A stretch of DNA of 64,000 nt from contig JACPBF010000001.1 in assembly GCA_016180425.1 (NCBI GenBank), positions 76,744-140,743 of the forward strand, in the 5' to 3' direction. Positions 9,605-20,385 of this stretch are shown here, piece by piece. Both the position numbers and the translations under genes were made by a program. Under the pieces are notes generated by a model, which was not told the DNA's origin, ran no database searches, and worked only from the letters and a program-made list of their open reading frames with translations. The stretch's first letter is position 1, and every line of letters starts with the position of its first letter. The DNA is from Elusimicrobiota bacterium. Lineage in GTDB: Bacteria; Elusimicrobiota; Elusimicrobia; 2-02-FULL-39-32.

Positions 9605-11890
9605 TTGCCGATGGCTGAATCAATAAAACATTCAAAATTCTCAAAATCTAATTCAGCTTTAAAAAAAAATCATCAAGATTTACTTTTAAACCATTACTCT
9701 AATTGGTGGATTGGATCCGGGATTCTCTGGTCTTACTTTGTAATCTATAAATACCTTCAACAATATCCATTAGATATTAGAAACTTTGAATCTCTCCTGC
9801 CTGTAAAGACTTTTTTTCCTACGCTTTCTATTCTTTTCTTCTATCTAAAAGGTCTGGCGGTCTGGTTAGGCATTGTTTCAGGCGCTCTTACCTTGGGGTA
9901 CTATTTTCTTAAAACATTTAAAATCAAGTGGAACTCATCCTTAGAACAATTTACCTTTTCTGTAGTTATTGGCCAGGCATTCATCGCCTTTATTTTTTTG
10001 TGTTTAAGCGCTCTTCACTTCTTATATTTTCCATTAATCATTATTTTTTGGTTTAGTTGTTGGATAAGCTTTTCTTGGTGTTTTCTAAAAAATTCCAATG
10101 GGAGAACTTTTCTTAAAGAAGGAACTAAAGAAATCTCAGTCTTCTGTTTTGGGAGTGCGCAACCATTTATCTTGAGATTGTTTTTGTGGATATTCTTAAG
10201 CGTGAGTTTTGTAATGGCTCTGGTCCCAGAAGTTTTTTATGATTCCCTGGTTTACCATTTAGGAATTCCTAACCTTTTTTTACAAGAAAAAGGGATCGTT
10301 AGAGTTTCTGGCGCAGTAAGTAAATTTCCAATGATTTTACAAACGCTTTATCTATTTGGGCTAGCTTTACATGATGAAATGGTTCCAAAATTAATCCATT
10401 GGTTTAATGGTGTTCTAATCCTGTTTGGTTTTGGAACTTTCACAAAACGTCTAGGACTTGCTATTCAGGTTGGTCTCATTGCTAGTATTTTTTTCATTTC
10501 TGTCCCAATGGTTCAGATGAACCTATGGACAAGCGGCATTGATATTAGCAGCTGTTTATTTGCATTTTTTGCTGCCTATGCTCTCTGCCTAGCAGTAGAA
10601 GGAATCCAAAATCAAAACCAACAAGATGAATCGTCCTCGTGGGTCATTCTTTCCGCGCTTTTGTGTGGATTCGCTTATGGTTCAAAATATCAGGGTGGGA
10701 TTATGGCAGGAACGTTATTTTTAAGCTTTTTCCTATTTCATCTTGTGCTTAATCCCAATAATTACAAAATTTTTTTAAGACAAAGCTTTTTCTTTATTTT
10801 AGTTTTTGGACTCGCTATTTCCCCTTGGCTGTTAAAAAATCTGTGGGACACAGGAAATCCAGTATTCCCTTTCCTATCTGCTTTATTCAAAAAATTTAAT
10901 CTACAAAACTATTTTTTAGATCCAGACCAGTGGCAAATTTTTATTAATGAAAATCGTCGTTTTATTACTGAATCTTGGAAAGAAAATTGGACACTACCTT
11001 GGAAACTTACATTCAAGGATCGCAATCAAAGCGGACTTTCTTTTCCAGGACCGCTTTTCTTAACTTTGCTTCCTCTTAGCCTTTTATCTATTCAATATTT
11101 AAAAAGAGAATGGAACCAAATAATCTTTTTGTTTCTTGCTTTCTTTTTTGTTGCTTCATTTAATTCTACCCACCTCACACGATATCATCTTCAGGGTTAT
11201 CCTTTACTCTGCTTTATTTATGCTCTTGGATTTTATATTGCTTTACAAAATAAAAATTTTTTAATAAAAATATTTTTTCTAATTCCTGTGATTCTAGTAT
11301 TAACTGAAAATTTACAGACCTGCGCCTTCATCATAAAAAATTCTTATAGCCCAGGGGAAGTGCTTTCTGGAAGGGAAAGCCGCGAAGATTACAAAATGGT
11401 TACACACCCGGGTCTTAATCCCTATCCAGCTAATGTCATGTTTCGCTGGATGGAGAACACCCTGCCTAAAACAACACGCACCCTCTTTATAGGAGATTCC
11501 AAAACCTATGACCTAAAATTACCCTACCTTTATACGGATGTGCATGGACAAAACCCTCTGATTGGGTGGGTAAACAATTCAAACTCATCAGAAGAACTCT
11601 TAAAACACTTTCAAAATTCTGGGATTACCCATATTTTAATAAATTTCAATGAAGCGCGTCGCACTTATGGTTATAAAATGTTAAAATGGAATAAGGAAAA
11701 ATTTGAATTATTTGAATTATTTTGGAATGACTATGTGAAAGAAAAACATAGAGAAGTCATCCCAGAACGTTTTTTTCCAAGAAACAGCTTGATCCTACTT
11801 TATGAAATTCAAAAAATAAAAAATGAAAACTCAAAACAAAATACAGAATCCAGTCCTATATTTATATTGGAACAACTCAATAAAAAATAA
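9605..11890 (+). CDS. large polytopic membrane protein with C-terminal soluble domain; putative GT-C fold glycosyltransferase (ArnT/PMT-like)
   Basis: 761 aa; more than 12 predicted hydrophobic helices, an acidic motif in the first predicted loop (FYDSLVYH), and a ~230 aa hydrophilic C-terminal domain. Paralog-like to the TPR-fused protein on the opposite strand. Start could be TTG 9605 or ATG 9611. Confidence 0.5.
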   Translation: MPMAESIKHSKFSKSNSALKKNHQDLLLNHYSNWWIGSGILWSYFVIYKYLQQYPLDIRNFESLLPVKTFFPTLSILFFYLKGLAVWLGIVSGALTLGYYFLKTFKIKWNSSLEQFTFSVVIGQAFIAFIFLCLSALHFLYFPLIIIFWFSCWISFSWCFLKNSNGRTFLKEGTKEISVFCFGSAQPFILRLFLWIFLSVSFVMALVPEVFYDSLVYHLGIPNLFLQEKGIVRVSGAVSKFPMILQTLYLFGLALHDEMVPKLIHWFNGVLILFGFGTFTKRLGLAIQVGLIASIFFISVPMVQMNLWTSGIDISSCLFAFFAAYALCLAVEGIQNQNQQDESSSWVILSALLCGFAYGSKYQGGIMAGTLFLSFFLFHLVLNPNNYKIFLRQSFFFILVFGLAISPWLLKNLWDTGNPVFPFLSALFKKFNLQNYFLDPDQWQIFINENRRFITESWKENWTLPWKLTFKDRNQSGLSFPGPLFLTLLPLSLLSIQYLKREWNQIIFLFLAFFFVASFNSTHLTRYHLQGYPLLCFIYALGFYIALQNKNFLIKIFFLIPVILVLTENLQTCAFIIKNSYSPGEVLSGRESREDYKMVTHPGLNPYPANVMFRWMENTLPKTTRTLFIGDSKTYDLKLPYLYTDVHGQNPLIGWVNNSNSSEELLKHFQNSGITHILINFNEARRTYGYKMLKWNKEKFELFELFWNDYVKEKHREVIPERFFPRNSLILLYEIQKIKNENSKQNTESSPIFILEQLNKK

Positions 11891-11908
11891 TCTTCCAAAT
11901 AAATAAAC

Positions 11909-12808
11909 ATGAATCAAAAACCTTTAAGTGAAAATTCAATCAGTGTGATTCTGCCAGCTTACAACGAAGCAGGCTCTATTGAAGAGGAGATCGTTCAAAT
12001 TCAAAAAGTCTTGAAAGAGTCAAAAATCCCATATGAATTTATTGTTGTTGATGACGGTTCCACAGATGAAACATCAAAAATCGCTCAAAATAAAGGAGTA
12101 AAAGTTGTCCGCCATCTAAAAAACCGTGGGGTGGGCGCAGCAAGAAAAACAGGAATTCTTTCAGCTCAAAATGAAATCATCCTCACAACAGATGCGGATG
12201 GAACCTACCCTCAACAACCAATGCCTAACTTATTACAACTACTTATAAACAATAACTTTGATATGGTTGTGGGCGCAAGAGTCAAAGAAAAAGGGACCCA
12301 TTATTGGCTGCGCTTACCAGCCAAATTCCTAATTAGAAAACTGGCTTCCTATTTATGCAAGGAAAAAATACCAGATTTGAATTCAGGCTTAAGAGTTTTT
12401 AAGAAATCCGTAGCGCTTAAATATTTTTATCTGCTTCCTGATTCTCACTCTTGGGAATCCACAATCACCTTGGCTTTTCTCTGTAACCACCAAAGGGTCT
12501 ATTTTTACCCCATTGATTACTTTAGAAGATCCGGTGGCAAATCTTCGTTTCATCCAATTAAAGATACGTACAATTATTTTTCCCTTGTAATTAGAACCGT
12601 CATGTATTTTAACCCATTAAGAATTTTTTTACCTCTTTTTGTTTTTGTCTTGCTTTCTGGTTGTACCAAGACAATCTATGATTGGTTAATTTATCAAAAT
12701 ATTGGAGGCTTTGATGTAATGCTTATACTCTCCAGCCTGATTATATTGTTAACTGGCCTTCTAGCAGATTTGATGGTAGTTCTTCATCGCAAATTAGATC
12801 ATCCCTGA
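11909..12808 (+). CDS. GT2 polyprenyl-phosphate sugar synthase (Dpm1/GtrB/ArnC-like)
   Basis: 299 aa; SVILPAYNE ... VVDDGSTDET ... NRGVGAARKTG ... TDADGTYP followed by two C-terminal TM helices, which is the GtrB/ArnC architecture. Confidence 0.7.
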   Translation: MNQKPLSENSISVILPAYNEAGSIEEEIVQIQKVLKESKIPYEFIVVDDGSTDETSKIAQNKGVKVVRHLKNRGVGAARKTGILSAQNEIILTTDADGTYPQQPMPNLLQLLINNNFDMVVGARVKEKGTHYWLRLPAKFLIRKLASYLCKEKIPDLNSGLRVFKKSVALKYFYLLPDSHSWESTITLAFLCNHQRVYFYPIDYFRRSGGKSSFHPIKDTYNYFSLVIRTVMYFNPLRIFLPLFVFVLLSGCTKTIYDWLIYQNIGGFDVMLILSSLIILLTGLLADLMVVLHRKLDHP

Positions 12809-12810
12809 TT

Positions 12811-15492
12811 CTAATTTTTAAGTAATTTTGCCTGCTCAAAATCTCTCTTAGAATCTTCGAGTTTACCCTGTTTATAAAATATTTGAGATCTCTCCATTAG
12901 CAAATCAGAATTATTAGGATTTAAAGAGATTGCTTTTGTTAAATCTAAAACTGCAAGATCAATTTGGCCTAATTGCTGATATGACCTGGAACGCCATACA
13001 AATGCCGCAGAATTATTTTGTTCAATTTCAATAACTTTTGTTAAATAAGGTATGGCTTCCGAAAATTTATTATTTTTAAAATATGCCAATCCTAAAGAAA
13101 CATTAATTCTATGAGCAAGACTCTTCTGAAATATATGACGATTCAAAAGTTCTAAAATTTGTATTGACTTTTCATTTTCACCATTATTGCTATAAGCATC
13201 TGCCAATTCCAAATAAAGAAATGGATATTTATATACATCCTCTAATTCAAACGAAATGGATTGAAATAACTCATTAGGATTAGATTTAATCGTATACCAG
13301 ATCAATCGTCCACTAGGCACTCTAAAACGTTCAGTAGAGTGTTGCGATAATAGAACTTCTATTTTAGTTAGATCAGCTGGTTCTATTTTATAATCATGAT
13401 GATTAGGATCATTAACAGTATAATTATTGATCCAAGCTTTCCACTCAATAGGATCATAAATAATATGTTTAAATCCTTCTTGCAAAAGTTGATGCTTGAG
13501 ATCCATAGCATCTTTAGCTTTTTCTGCAAAATAAAGCATGGGTTGCTTATCTAATTCAAATGACCAATAATGTCTTCGTTCAATTCCAAAAGGCCGTATT
13601 GAACCTAAAAAGATTACTCGATCTTCCTCAAAACTATATTTATTAATTAGATAATGCATCCATTCCATTTCATCAATTGTTGCAAAATCTACACCCCCAG
13701 GATTATGACTCATAAAATGCCAAATAGGTGATCCTATGAACATGATCATACTTGAAAAATAATTCATGCGCAGCATGTTGCTAACAGAAATCCCTCTAAT
13801 TATATTTAGAATAACTAATAGGATGGTGAGAGATTTAAAAAATTTAGATTTTAAATTTTGCCAAGTTGCCTCTAAAGATAATCCAAATAAACAGCAGAAA
13901 AGAAAGAAGAGCGGCCCTATATGGTATGGGGGTTTAATTGTAAAGGTAAGAGAAAATAAATAACTTAATAAAACAATGGCAGTAATCCAACGGATTTCCT
14001 TTACAAAAAATTTAAAAAAACAAAAAAAAGCGGAAAAACAGATCCAAATACTCGGCCCCCACCATATAGCCGCATTTCCTAAACTGCCTACTGGTTTAAA
14101 TTGAGAGAGATTTCTTAAATATATCAATAATCCAGAAAATCCTAATTGGATTAAACCATAAGTGCCTGGATGATCTCTATGCCATGGGAATAATGGATTT
14201 ACGTTAAAAATTTTATTTAAAAATGGGTATATTGGATTGCCAGTCAAAAGAGCTGTTCTAACCAACCATGGACCCCATGAGATTAATAAACCAGAAACAA
14301 AAATTAGACATAGTTTTCCTGACTCCAATACCTTTTCTTTAAAAATTTTTGAAGAATTATAAAAGAAAAAAATAAATGTTCCTCCTGTTGTTATTATAAC
14401 TGATTGAATAGCAGTAAATTTATGTCCTATTGCTACACCAGAAAATAGACCTGCAAGAAAAAGCCAATTTATAGTATCAGATTGTTGCTGACTATATTTT
14501 CTAAATGAAAATAATAGAGCCCACCATTGAAGAACTAAAAAAATTCCTAACTGCAAGTCGTTTTTGACATAAGTCACTAACCAAGGACCTAGATAACTAA
14601 ATAAAAAAATACTAGTACAACAAAGAGCTGCAAGTCTAGATGCAATTCGTGAAATCCAACCATACACAAACAACAGCAGAACTACGAAAAACCCCCAAAT
14701 TAATAAATACGCAGCCTCTTTTGAATTTACAAGGAGTACCCACACCATTAAAAGTTGATTATTCTGATGGAAATAACTATAGATATGAAAAGGATTGGGA
14801 ACAAACCTCCCTTCAGCAACATAATATCCTGGTAAAGCCATATCTATCGTAAGAGTGTCCCAGTAATTATATGGAACAATACATTGGCTTACCCATAAAA
14901 AAATCACACTAATAATAAATGTGATCCATAATAATTCGACATTCCATTTAATGGAATTAAATAAATTTATTATTTTATCTTTGCTAATGTTTTTTTTAAG
15001 ATGAATTACAAAAAGCAACAATCCAGTGAAAAGGAGTATAAATGCAATCCATCTTTTAAATAGACCCAAAATCCCAAGAAAAAACCAAAACATCCCACAG
15101 ATCCATGACCCTAAAAACCAACTACAAGCAAACATTTCTAATTTAGAAAATGGGAAAATAAAATTTAATATTTTACTAAGTAACCATTTCCCCGACCAAT
15201 AGAAAAAAGAGGAAATAGAAATAAAAACTAGAATAGCCCAAAGAGATGCGGCGTACCCTCCTTTAAAAGATAACAAAAGTTTTAAATTATAGTAAACAAC
15301 ATCAAAATTAATAAATTCATGAATATTATTAAATGGAATATAAAACCAATAACTTTTATATAGAGCATAAAAAGAAAAAAATAGAATAATAAGAAAAAAG
15401 ATAAGGAGGGTACTCTTTTTCTCAACAACCATAAAAAATTCTTTTGGAGTAATAGGCACTACTCTTTTGGCTTTATTATTTTTTCTTGCCAT
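12811..15492 (-). CDS. GT-C-type polytopic membrane protein fused to C-terminal TPR repeats (TMTC-like architecture)
   Basis: 893 aa; ~560 aa N-terminal multi-TM region with a WD..D loop motif, a ~200 aa soluble domain, and ~130 aa of clear TPR repeats at the C-terminus (...AYFKNNKFSEAIPYLTKVIEIEQNNSAAFVWRSRSYQQLGQIDLA...). Confidence 0.55.
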   Translation of the reverse strand: MARKNNKAKRVVPITPKEFFMVVEKKSTLLIFFLIILFFSFYALYKSYWFYIPFNNIHEFINFDVVYYNLKLLLSFKGGYAASLWAILVFISISSFFYWSGKWLLSKILNFIFPFSKLEMFACSWFLGSWICGMFWFFLGILGLFKRWIAFILLFTGLLLFVIHLKKNISKDKIINLFNSIKWNVELLWITFIISVIFLWVSQCIVPYNYWDTLTIDMALPGYYVAEGRFVPNPFHIYSYFHQNNQLLMVWVLLVNSKEAAYLLIWGFFVVLLLFVYGWISRIASRLAALCCTSIFLFSYLGPWLVTYVKNDLQLGIFLVLQWWALLFSFRKYSQQQSDTINWLFLAGLFSGVAIGHKFTAIQSVIITTGGTFIFFFYNSSKIFKEKVLESGKLCLIFVSGLLISWGPWLVRTALLTGNPIYPFLNKIFNVNPLFPWHRDHPGTYGLIQLGFSGLLIYLRNLSQFKPVGSLGNAAIWWGPSIWICFSAFFCFFKFFVKEIRWITAIVLLSYLFSLTFTIKPPYHIGPLFFLFCCLFGLSLEATWQNLKSKFFKSLTILLVILNIIRGISVSNMLRMNYFSSMIMFIGSPIWHFMSHNPGGVDFATIDEMEWMHYLINKYSFEEDRVIFLGSIRPFGIERRHYWSFELDKQPMLYFAEKAKDAMDLKHQLLQEGFKHIIYDPIEWKAWINNYTVNDPNHHDYKIEPADLTKIEVLLSQHSTERFRVPSGRLIWYTIKSNPNELFQSISFELEDVYKYPFLYLELADAYSNNGENEKSIQILELLNRHIFQKSLAHRINVSLGLAYFKNNKFSEAIPYLTKVIEIEQNNSAAFVWRSRSYQQLGQIDLAVLDLTKAISLNPNNSDLLMERSQIFYKQGKLEDSKRDFEQAKLLKN

Positions 15493-15536
15493 ACATTTTT
15501 AATTTCACTAAAAAATAGTACCAAAATAATAAGTTC

Positions 15537-15565
15537 TTGACAAAAAAGTAACAACCTGTTATATT
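15537..15565 (+). promoter_or_regulatory. sigma70-type promoter of hrcA operon (-35 TTGACA 15537-15542, 17-nt spacer, extended -10 TGnTATATT 15557-15565)
   Basis: Read directly from the sequence. Placed immediately upstream of the CIRCE operator as in classical hrcA promoters. Confidence 0.5.
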
Positions 15566-15568
15566 ATA

Positions 15569-15595
15569 TTAGCACTCGCTATAATTGAGTGCTAA
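15569..15595 (+). promoter_or_regulatory. CIRCE operator (HrcA binding site) TTAGCACTC-N9-GAGTGCTAA
   Basis: Perfect 9-bp inverted repeat with 9-nt spacer, matching the CIRCE consensus, directly upstream of hrcA. Confidence 0.85.
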
Positions 15596-15600
15596 TATAT

Positions 15601-16749
15601 ATGCGCGCCTTAAACCAAGAAGAAATCGAAGAAAGAAAGAAAAAAGTCCTGCAGTATGTGATCCATGAGCATATCCGCACAGGGAAACCTGTTGGTTCTC
15701 ATAGTATCTCTAACACAAGCCGCTTGGGACTTTCTTCAGCTTCTATCCGCCACACTCTTTTTGAACTGGAAAAGTCTGGCATGATTGCTCAGCCGCACGC
15801 CTCAGCCGGCAGAATCCCAACAGATAAAGGATACAGGCTCTATGTGGATTCGCTTGTAGAAATGCAGCGATTGGCTGTTCAGGAACAAGTAAGGATTCAA
15901 ACCGAATATGAAGCCCGAATTAAAGAGATTGAGGATTTTATGAGCCAAACATCCAGAATGCTTTCAACCCTTTCTCACTATACGGGTTTTGTCATGACTC
16001 CTAAGTGGGAAAAAAATATATTCTCTTGTTTAGAATTAGTTCCCATTACCAGTAAGAGAGTTCTATGCGCCATGATCACCGAATCAGGCATGGCTAAACA
16101 CTTTACAATCAACACTCAAATAGAAATCCCAAGAGAACATCTGCGTAAAATAGCAAGAATTATTAATCAAAACTTTCAAGGCTCTACCTTAGAAAACGTG
16201 AAATTAAAATTGGTGGAGTGCCTAGAAAATTTACAGGAAGAAACTAAAGAAATTTTTAGTCTGGCTAGGGAAATAGGAGAAGAGATCAAAAAATTTTCCT
16301 CAGGTGAAATCTACCTTGAGGGAGCAGGCAACATCCTCTCTCTTCCGGATTTTTCTGGAACAGCCGACTTACAAAATCTGCTCAAAGTAATCGAAGAAAA
16401 ACAAATTTTAACTAATATCCTAGAAAACGAAATCTTAGAGGATCAAAAATCTCAAAATTCTAAAGAACAGATTAAAACTAAAAATTTAAATGAACGTTTA
16501 CAAACAAAATCAGAACATTTGGAGTCAAAAAAAATAAGACGGGTTCATGTGAGGATAGGTTCAGAAAATCTAAATAAGGCATTGCAAAACTTAAGCGTTA
16601 TTTCATCCACCTATCAACTGGCGGATAAAACAGTGGGGGTTCTTGGCATTTTAGGGCCAAAGCGGATGGAATATCCAAAAATGATTTCTTTAGTGGATTA
16701 TATTTCTCAAATGGTGAATAAAATGTTAAAGGAATTGGATCAGAGGTAG
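15601..16749 (+). CDS. hrcA: heat-inducible transcription repressor HrcA
   Basis: Approx. 382 aa from ATG 15601. The ORF-track GTG start at 15589 lies inside CIRCE, so the ATG is preferred. Winged-helix N-terminus, and position in front of grpE-dnaK-dnaJ. Confidence 0.85.
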   Translation: MRALNQEEIEERKKKVLQYVIHEHIRTGKPVGSHSISNTSRLGLSSASIRHTLFELEKSGMIAQPHASAGRIPTDKGYRLYVDSLVEMQRLAVQEQVRIQTEYEARIKEIEDFMSQTSRMLSTLSHYTGFVMTPKWEKNIFSCLELVPITSKRVLCAMITESGMAKHFTINTQIEIPREHLRKIARIINQNFQGSTLENVKLKLVECLENLQEETKEIFSLAREIGEEIKKFSSGEIYLEGAGNILSLPDFSGTADLQNLLKVIEEKQILTNILENEILEDQKSQNSKEQIKTKNLNERLQTKSEHLESKKIRRVHVRIGSENLNKALQNLSVISSTYQLADKTVGVLGILGPKRMEYPKMISLVDYISQMVNKMLKELDQR

Positions 16750-16752
16750 TTT

Positions 16753-17346
16753 ATGACTGATGAAAATTTTGAAGAACCCTCTCAATCAAAAAATAGTAGT
16801 GAACCCGCACCCCAAGAAAAAAAAGAGGAGATTCAAAAAACTGATAATAGTATGGAAAAACCTGCAACAGAAGAGGAATCGTTAGAGTTACTAAAAACAA
16901 AAACTCAAAATTATTTAGACCAACTTCTGCGATTACAGGCAGAATTCTCCAATTATCGTAAAAGAGTGGAAAAAGAAAAAATGGAGGCTATAAAATTCGG
17001 CAGAGTGATCATGATTGAAAGAATGATAACCATCTTAGATGTCATGGAAGGGGCCTTAAAACATTCTCAAAAAGCAACAGATATCAATTCTTTAATTAAG
17101 GGATTTGAAATAGTGGTGCAAGAATTTTTTAGATTCTTAAAATCAGAAGGAGCCCAACCGCTAAAAACCCTGGGAGAACATTTTGACCCTCATCTGCATG
17201 AAGCGTTGGAGCAAATAGAAACAAATAAAGAAGAGGAAAACAATATTATTTTAGAAGAAATTCAAAAAGGTTATACCTTAAATGGACAACTTTTAAGACC
17301 CGCAAAGGTTAAAGTAGCAAAAATAAAAATTAAAGAGACAAAATAG
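16753..17346 (+). CDS. grpE: nucleotide exchange factor GrpE
   Basis: 197 aa; coiled-coil N-terminus and GrpE C-terminal beta domain; operon position. Confidence 0.9.
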   Translation: MTDENFEEPSQSKNSSEPAPQEKKEEIQKTDNSMEKPATEEESLELLKTKTQNYLDQLLRLQAEFSNYRKRVEKEKMEAIKFGRVIMIERMITILDVMEGALKHSQKATDINSLIKGFEIVVQEFFRFLKSEGAQPLKTLGEHFDPHLHEALEQIETNKEEENNIILEEIQKGYTLNGQLLRPAKVKVAKIKIKETK

Positions 17347-17377
17347 TTTTAAACTTAAATGTTTGGAGGAAAAAAAT

Positions 17378-19231
17378 ATGTCAAAAATTATTGGAATTGA
17401 TCTAGGAACCAGCAACTCTGCGGCTGCAGTCATGGAGGGAGGGAAAGGCACCATTATCCCTTCAGCTGAAGGCACCACATTAGGGGGAAAAGCATTCCCT
17501 TCCTATGTAGCCATTACAAAAGATGAACAGCTTTTGGTAGGCGAGCCTGCCCGCAGGCAAGCGGTGACCAACCCTGAAGGCACCCTCACTGCTTTTAAAA
17601 GGAAAATGGGAGAGGATTATAAATATCCAATTCATGGTAAAGATTTTACTCCCCAGCAACTCTCCGGGTTTATTCTGCAAAAAGTTAAAAGAGACGCGGA
17701 ATCCTTTCTAGGAACTAAAGTTGAAAAAGCCGTGATTACAGTGCCAGCTTATTTTAATGATAACCAGCGTCAAGCTACAAAAGATGCCGGCACCATTGCC
17801 GGGTTAGAAGTAGTTCGTATCATCAATGAACCTACCGCGGCCTGCTTAGCTTATGGAATTGACAAAAAAGGAAAAGAGGAAAAAATCCTTGTATTTGATC
17901 TTGGAGGCGGAACCTTGGATGTAACCATCATGGATTTTGGCGGAGGGGTTTTTGAAGTGATCTCCACCAGTGGAGATACCAAATTAGGCGGCACAGACAT
18001 GGACGCCACTTTAATTGACTATATCGCTTCTGAATTTAAAAAGGAAACAGGCATAGATTTACGCAATGATAAGATGGCGATGCAAAGACTTAAAGAAGCA
18101 GCGGAAAAAGCAAAAATAGAATTATCCAATGTATTAGAAACAGATCTTAATTTGCCTTTTATCACTGCGGATGCCAACGGCCCAAAACATTTAACCATGA
18201 AACTCTCCCGAGCAAAACTAGAATCCTTAGTGGACCCTATTGTAAAAAGATGCGAACATTCTATTGATCAGGCATTATCCGACGCCAAATTAAAACCTGC
18301 TGATATCTCAAAAATTATTCTTGTAGGCGGCCCGACTCGCATGCCTATTATTCAAAAATTCGTAGAAGATCATGTGGGCAAAAAAGTAGAAAGAGGGATT
18401 GATCCAATGGAATGCGTGGCGATTGGAGCAGGAGTGCAAGCCGCGGTACTGACAGGAGAAGTTAAGGATGTTTTGCTTCTGGATGTTACGCCTCTATCTT
18501 TAGGAATAGAAACTTTGGGGGGGGTATTTACAAAGCTGATTGAAAGAAATACAACCATCCCGGTAAAAAAATCGCAGACTTTTTCTACTGCCAGCGATAA
18601 CCAGCCGGCAGTGACTGTACATGTTATGCAAGGTGAAAGAGCTATGGTGGAAGGCAATGTTTCTTTAGGAAGATTTGATTTAGTTGGTATCCCGCCAGCG
18701 CCTAGAGGCATGCCCCAAATTGAAGTGACCTTTGACATTGATGCCAATGGAATCTTGCATGTGGTGGCAAAAGATCATGGCACAGGCAAAGAACAATCCA
18801 TTAAGATTACAGCTCCCAACAAACTTTCTAAAGATGAAGTAGAAAAATTCGTAAAACAGGCGGAAGAATACGCGGAACAGGATAAAAAGAAAAAAGAAGA
18901 GACTGAGGTTAAAAACGAGGCTGACTCTGTCATTTATGCAACTGAAAAAGCCCTAAAAGAGCATGGAGACAAAATTTCTCAGGACGAAAGACTAAAAGTG
19001 GAACAAGCTCTTTCAGACGCAAAAGAAACCCTAAAAGGTTCGGATCTTGAAAAAATAAAAAAAGCTAAGGAGACCTTGCTGACAGCGTCTCATAAACTTG
19101 CTGAACAACTCTACCAAGAGGCCTCCGCAAAAGCAAAAACCAGCAACGCGGACCAATCCAAAACTGAAGGTACAAACAACGATAAAGATAAGGTTGTAGA
19201 TGCGGAAATTGTAGATGAGGATAAAAAATAA
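17378..19231 (+). CDS. dnaK: molecular chaperone DnaK (Hsp70)
   Basis: [18 protein letters not shown] and other Hsp70 signatures. ATG 17378 is preferred over the track TTG 17363: GGAGGA at 17365-17370 gives a 7-nt spacing. Confidence 0.95.
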   Translation: MSKIIGIDLGTSNSAAAVMEGGKGTIIPSAEGTTLGGKAFPSYVAITKDEQLLVGEPARRQAVTNPEGTLTAFKRKMGEDYKYPIHGKDFTPQQLSGFILQKVKRDAESFLGTKVEKAVITVPAYFNDNQRQATKDAGTIAGLEVVRIINEPTAACLAYGIDKKGKEEKILVFDLGGGTLDVTIMDFGGGVFEVISTSGDTKLGGTDMDATLIDYIASEFKKETGIDLRNDKMAMQRLKEAAEKAKIELSNVLETDLNLPFITADANGPKHLTMKLSRAKLESLVDPIVKRCEHSIDQALSDAKLKPADISKIILVGGPTRMPIIQKFVEDHVGKKVERGIDPMECVAIGAGVQAAVLTGEVKDVLLLDVTPLSLGIETLGGVFTKLIERNTTIPVKKSQTFSTASDNQPAVTVHVMQGERAMVEGNVSLGRFDLVGIPPAPRGMPQIEVTFDIDANGILHVVAKDHGTGKEQSIKITAPNKLSKDEVEKFVKQAEEYAEQDKKKKEETEVKNEADSVIYATEKALKEHGDKISQDERLKVEQALSDAKETLKGSDLEKIKKAKETLLTASHKLAEQLYQEASAKAKTSNADQSKTEGTNNDKDKVVDAEIVDEDKK

Positions 19232-19243
19232 ATCTTTAATCTC

Positions 19244-20383
19244 ATGACCACAAAAAAAGACTATTACGAAATTTTAGGCGTAAATAAAAACGCTTCTGGG
19301 GAAGAGCTTAAGTCCGCATACAGAAACTTAGCCAAAAAATACCATCCTGATATTAATAAAGACAAGGGAGCTGAAGAAAAATTTAAAGAAGCTAATGAGG
19401 CTTATGAAATTCTTTCTGACCCACACAAACGCCAGCTCTATGATCAATATGGACATGCTGGGGTGAACAACCAAGCAGGAGCTGGAGGGTTTGGACAAGG
19501 AGGTTTTGGCAATTTTGAAGGATTTGGAGATGTGAATGACATTTTTGGAGACTTCTTTGAAAATATATTTACAGGTCAAACTGGAAGGCAAAGCTCTAGA
19601 AAATCCAGAGCTAGCCGAGGGGATGACCTACAAGTTCGTGTCACTATGACTTTACATGAGGTGCTGAGAGGTACTCAAAAAACAATTAAAATAGGTCACA
19701 CCAAAACCTGTGATAAATGTACCGGATCAGGCGCTAAACATGGAACCTCCCTAAAAACTTGCCATCAATGCAAGGGTTCTGGTTCGATTAATTTCCGTCA
19801 AGGGTTTTTCTCTCTTTCACAAACTTGTTCGCGCTGCAAAGGACAGGGACAAGTGATTGAAAACCCTTGTGAAAATTGCCATGGACAAGGAAAAGTAAGA
19901 AGCCAAGAACCGATTACTGTAAAAATACCTTCTGGGGTACAGGAAGGAACAGCTTTAAGAGTGAATGGCGCTGGCGAAGCTGGAAATTATGGTGGATCAG
20001 CTGGAGATCTTTATGTGGTGATTCATGTTGAGCCAGATCAAAAATTTGAACGAAAAGATGATGATATCTTGATAGAACAAAAAATCTCAATTGCTCAAGC
20101 CTCTTTAGGAGCTGAGATTGAAATTCCATCTCTTGAAGACCCTGTAACTTTAAGAATCCCGCCAGGGACTCAAACCGGGACTGTATTTCGGGTAAAAGAA
20201 AAAGGAATTCCACATCTTGGGGGGCGAGGTCGGGGGGATGAATTGGTCCGAATTCTGGTAGAAGTTCCCACCCACTTAACTGAAAAGCAAAAAGAACTGC
20301 TTAAAGAGCTTGCAAAAAGTTTTGGAGAAGAAAAAACAGCCAAGGATGAAGATTCTTTTATAAAAAAAGTTTTTGGTAAATAA
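19244..20383 (+). CDS. dnaJ: molecular chaperone DnaJ
   Basis: 379 aa; J-domain with HPD, G/F-rich region, four CxxCxGxG zinc-finger repeats. Confidence 0.95.
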   Translation: MTTKKDYYEILGVNKNASGEELKSAYRNLAKKYHPDINKDKGAEEKFKEANEAYEILSDPHKRQLYDQYGHAGVNNQAGAGGFGQGGFGNFEGFGDVNDIFGDFFENIFTGQTGRQSSRKSRASRGDDLQVRVTMTLHEVLRGTQKTIKIGHTKTCDKCTGSGAKHGTSLKTCHQCKGSGSINFRQGFFSLSQTCSRCKGQGQVIENPCENCHGQGKVRSQEPITVKIPSGVQEGTALRVNGAGEAGNYGGSAGDLYVVIHVEPDQKFERKDDDILIEQKISIAQASLGAEIEIPSLEDPVTLRIPPGTQTGTVFRVKEKGIPHLGGRGRGDELVRILVEVPTHLTEKQKELLKELAKSFGEEKTAKDEDSFIKKVFGK

Positions 20384-20385
20384 TT

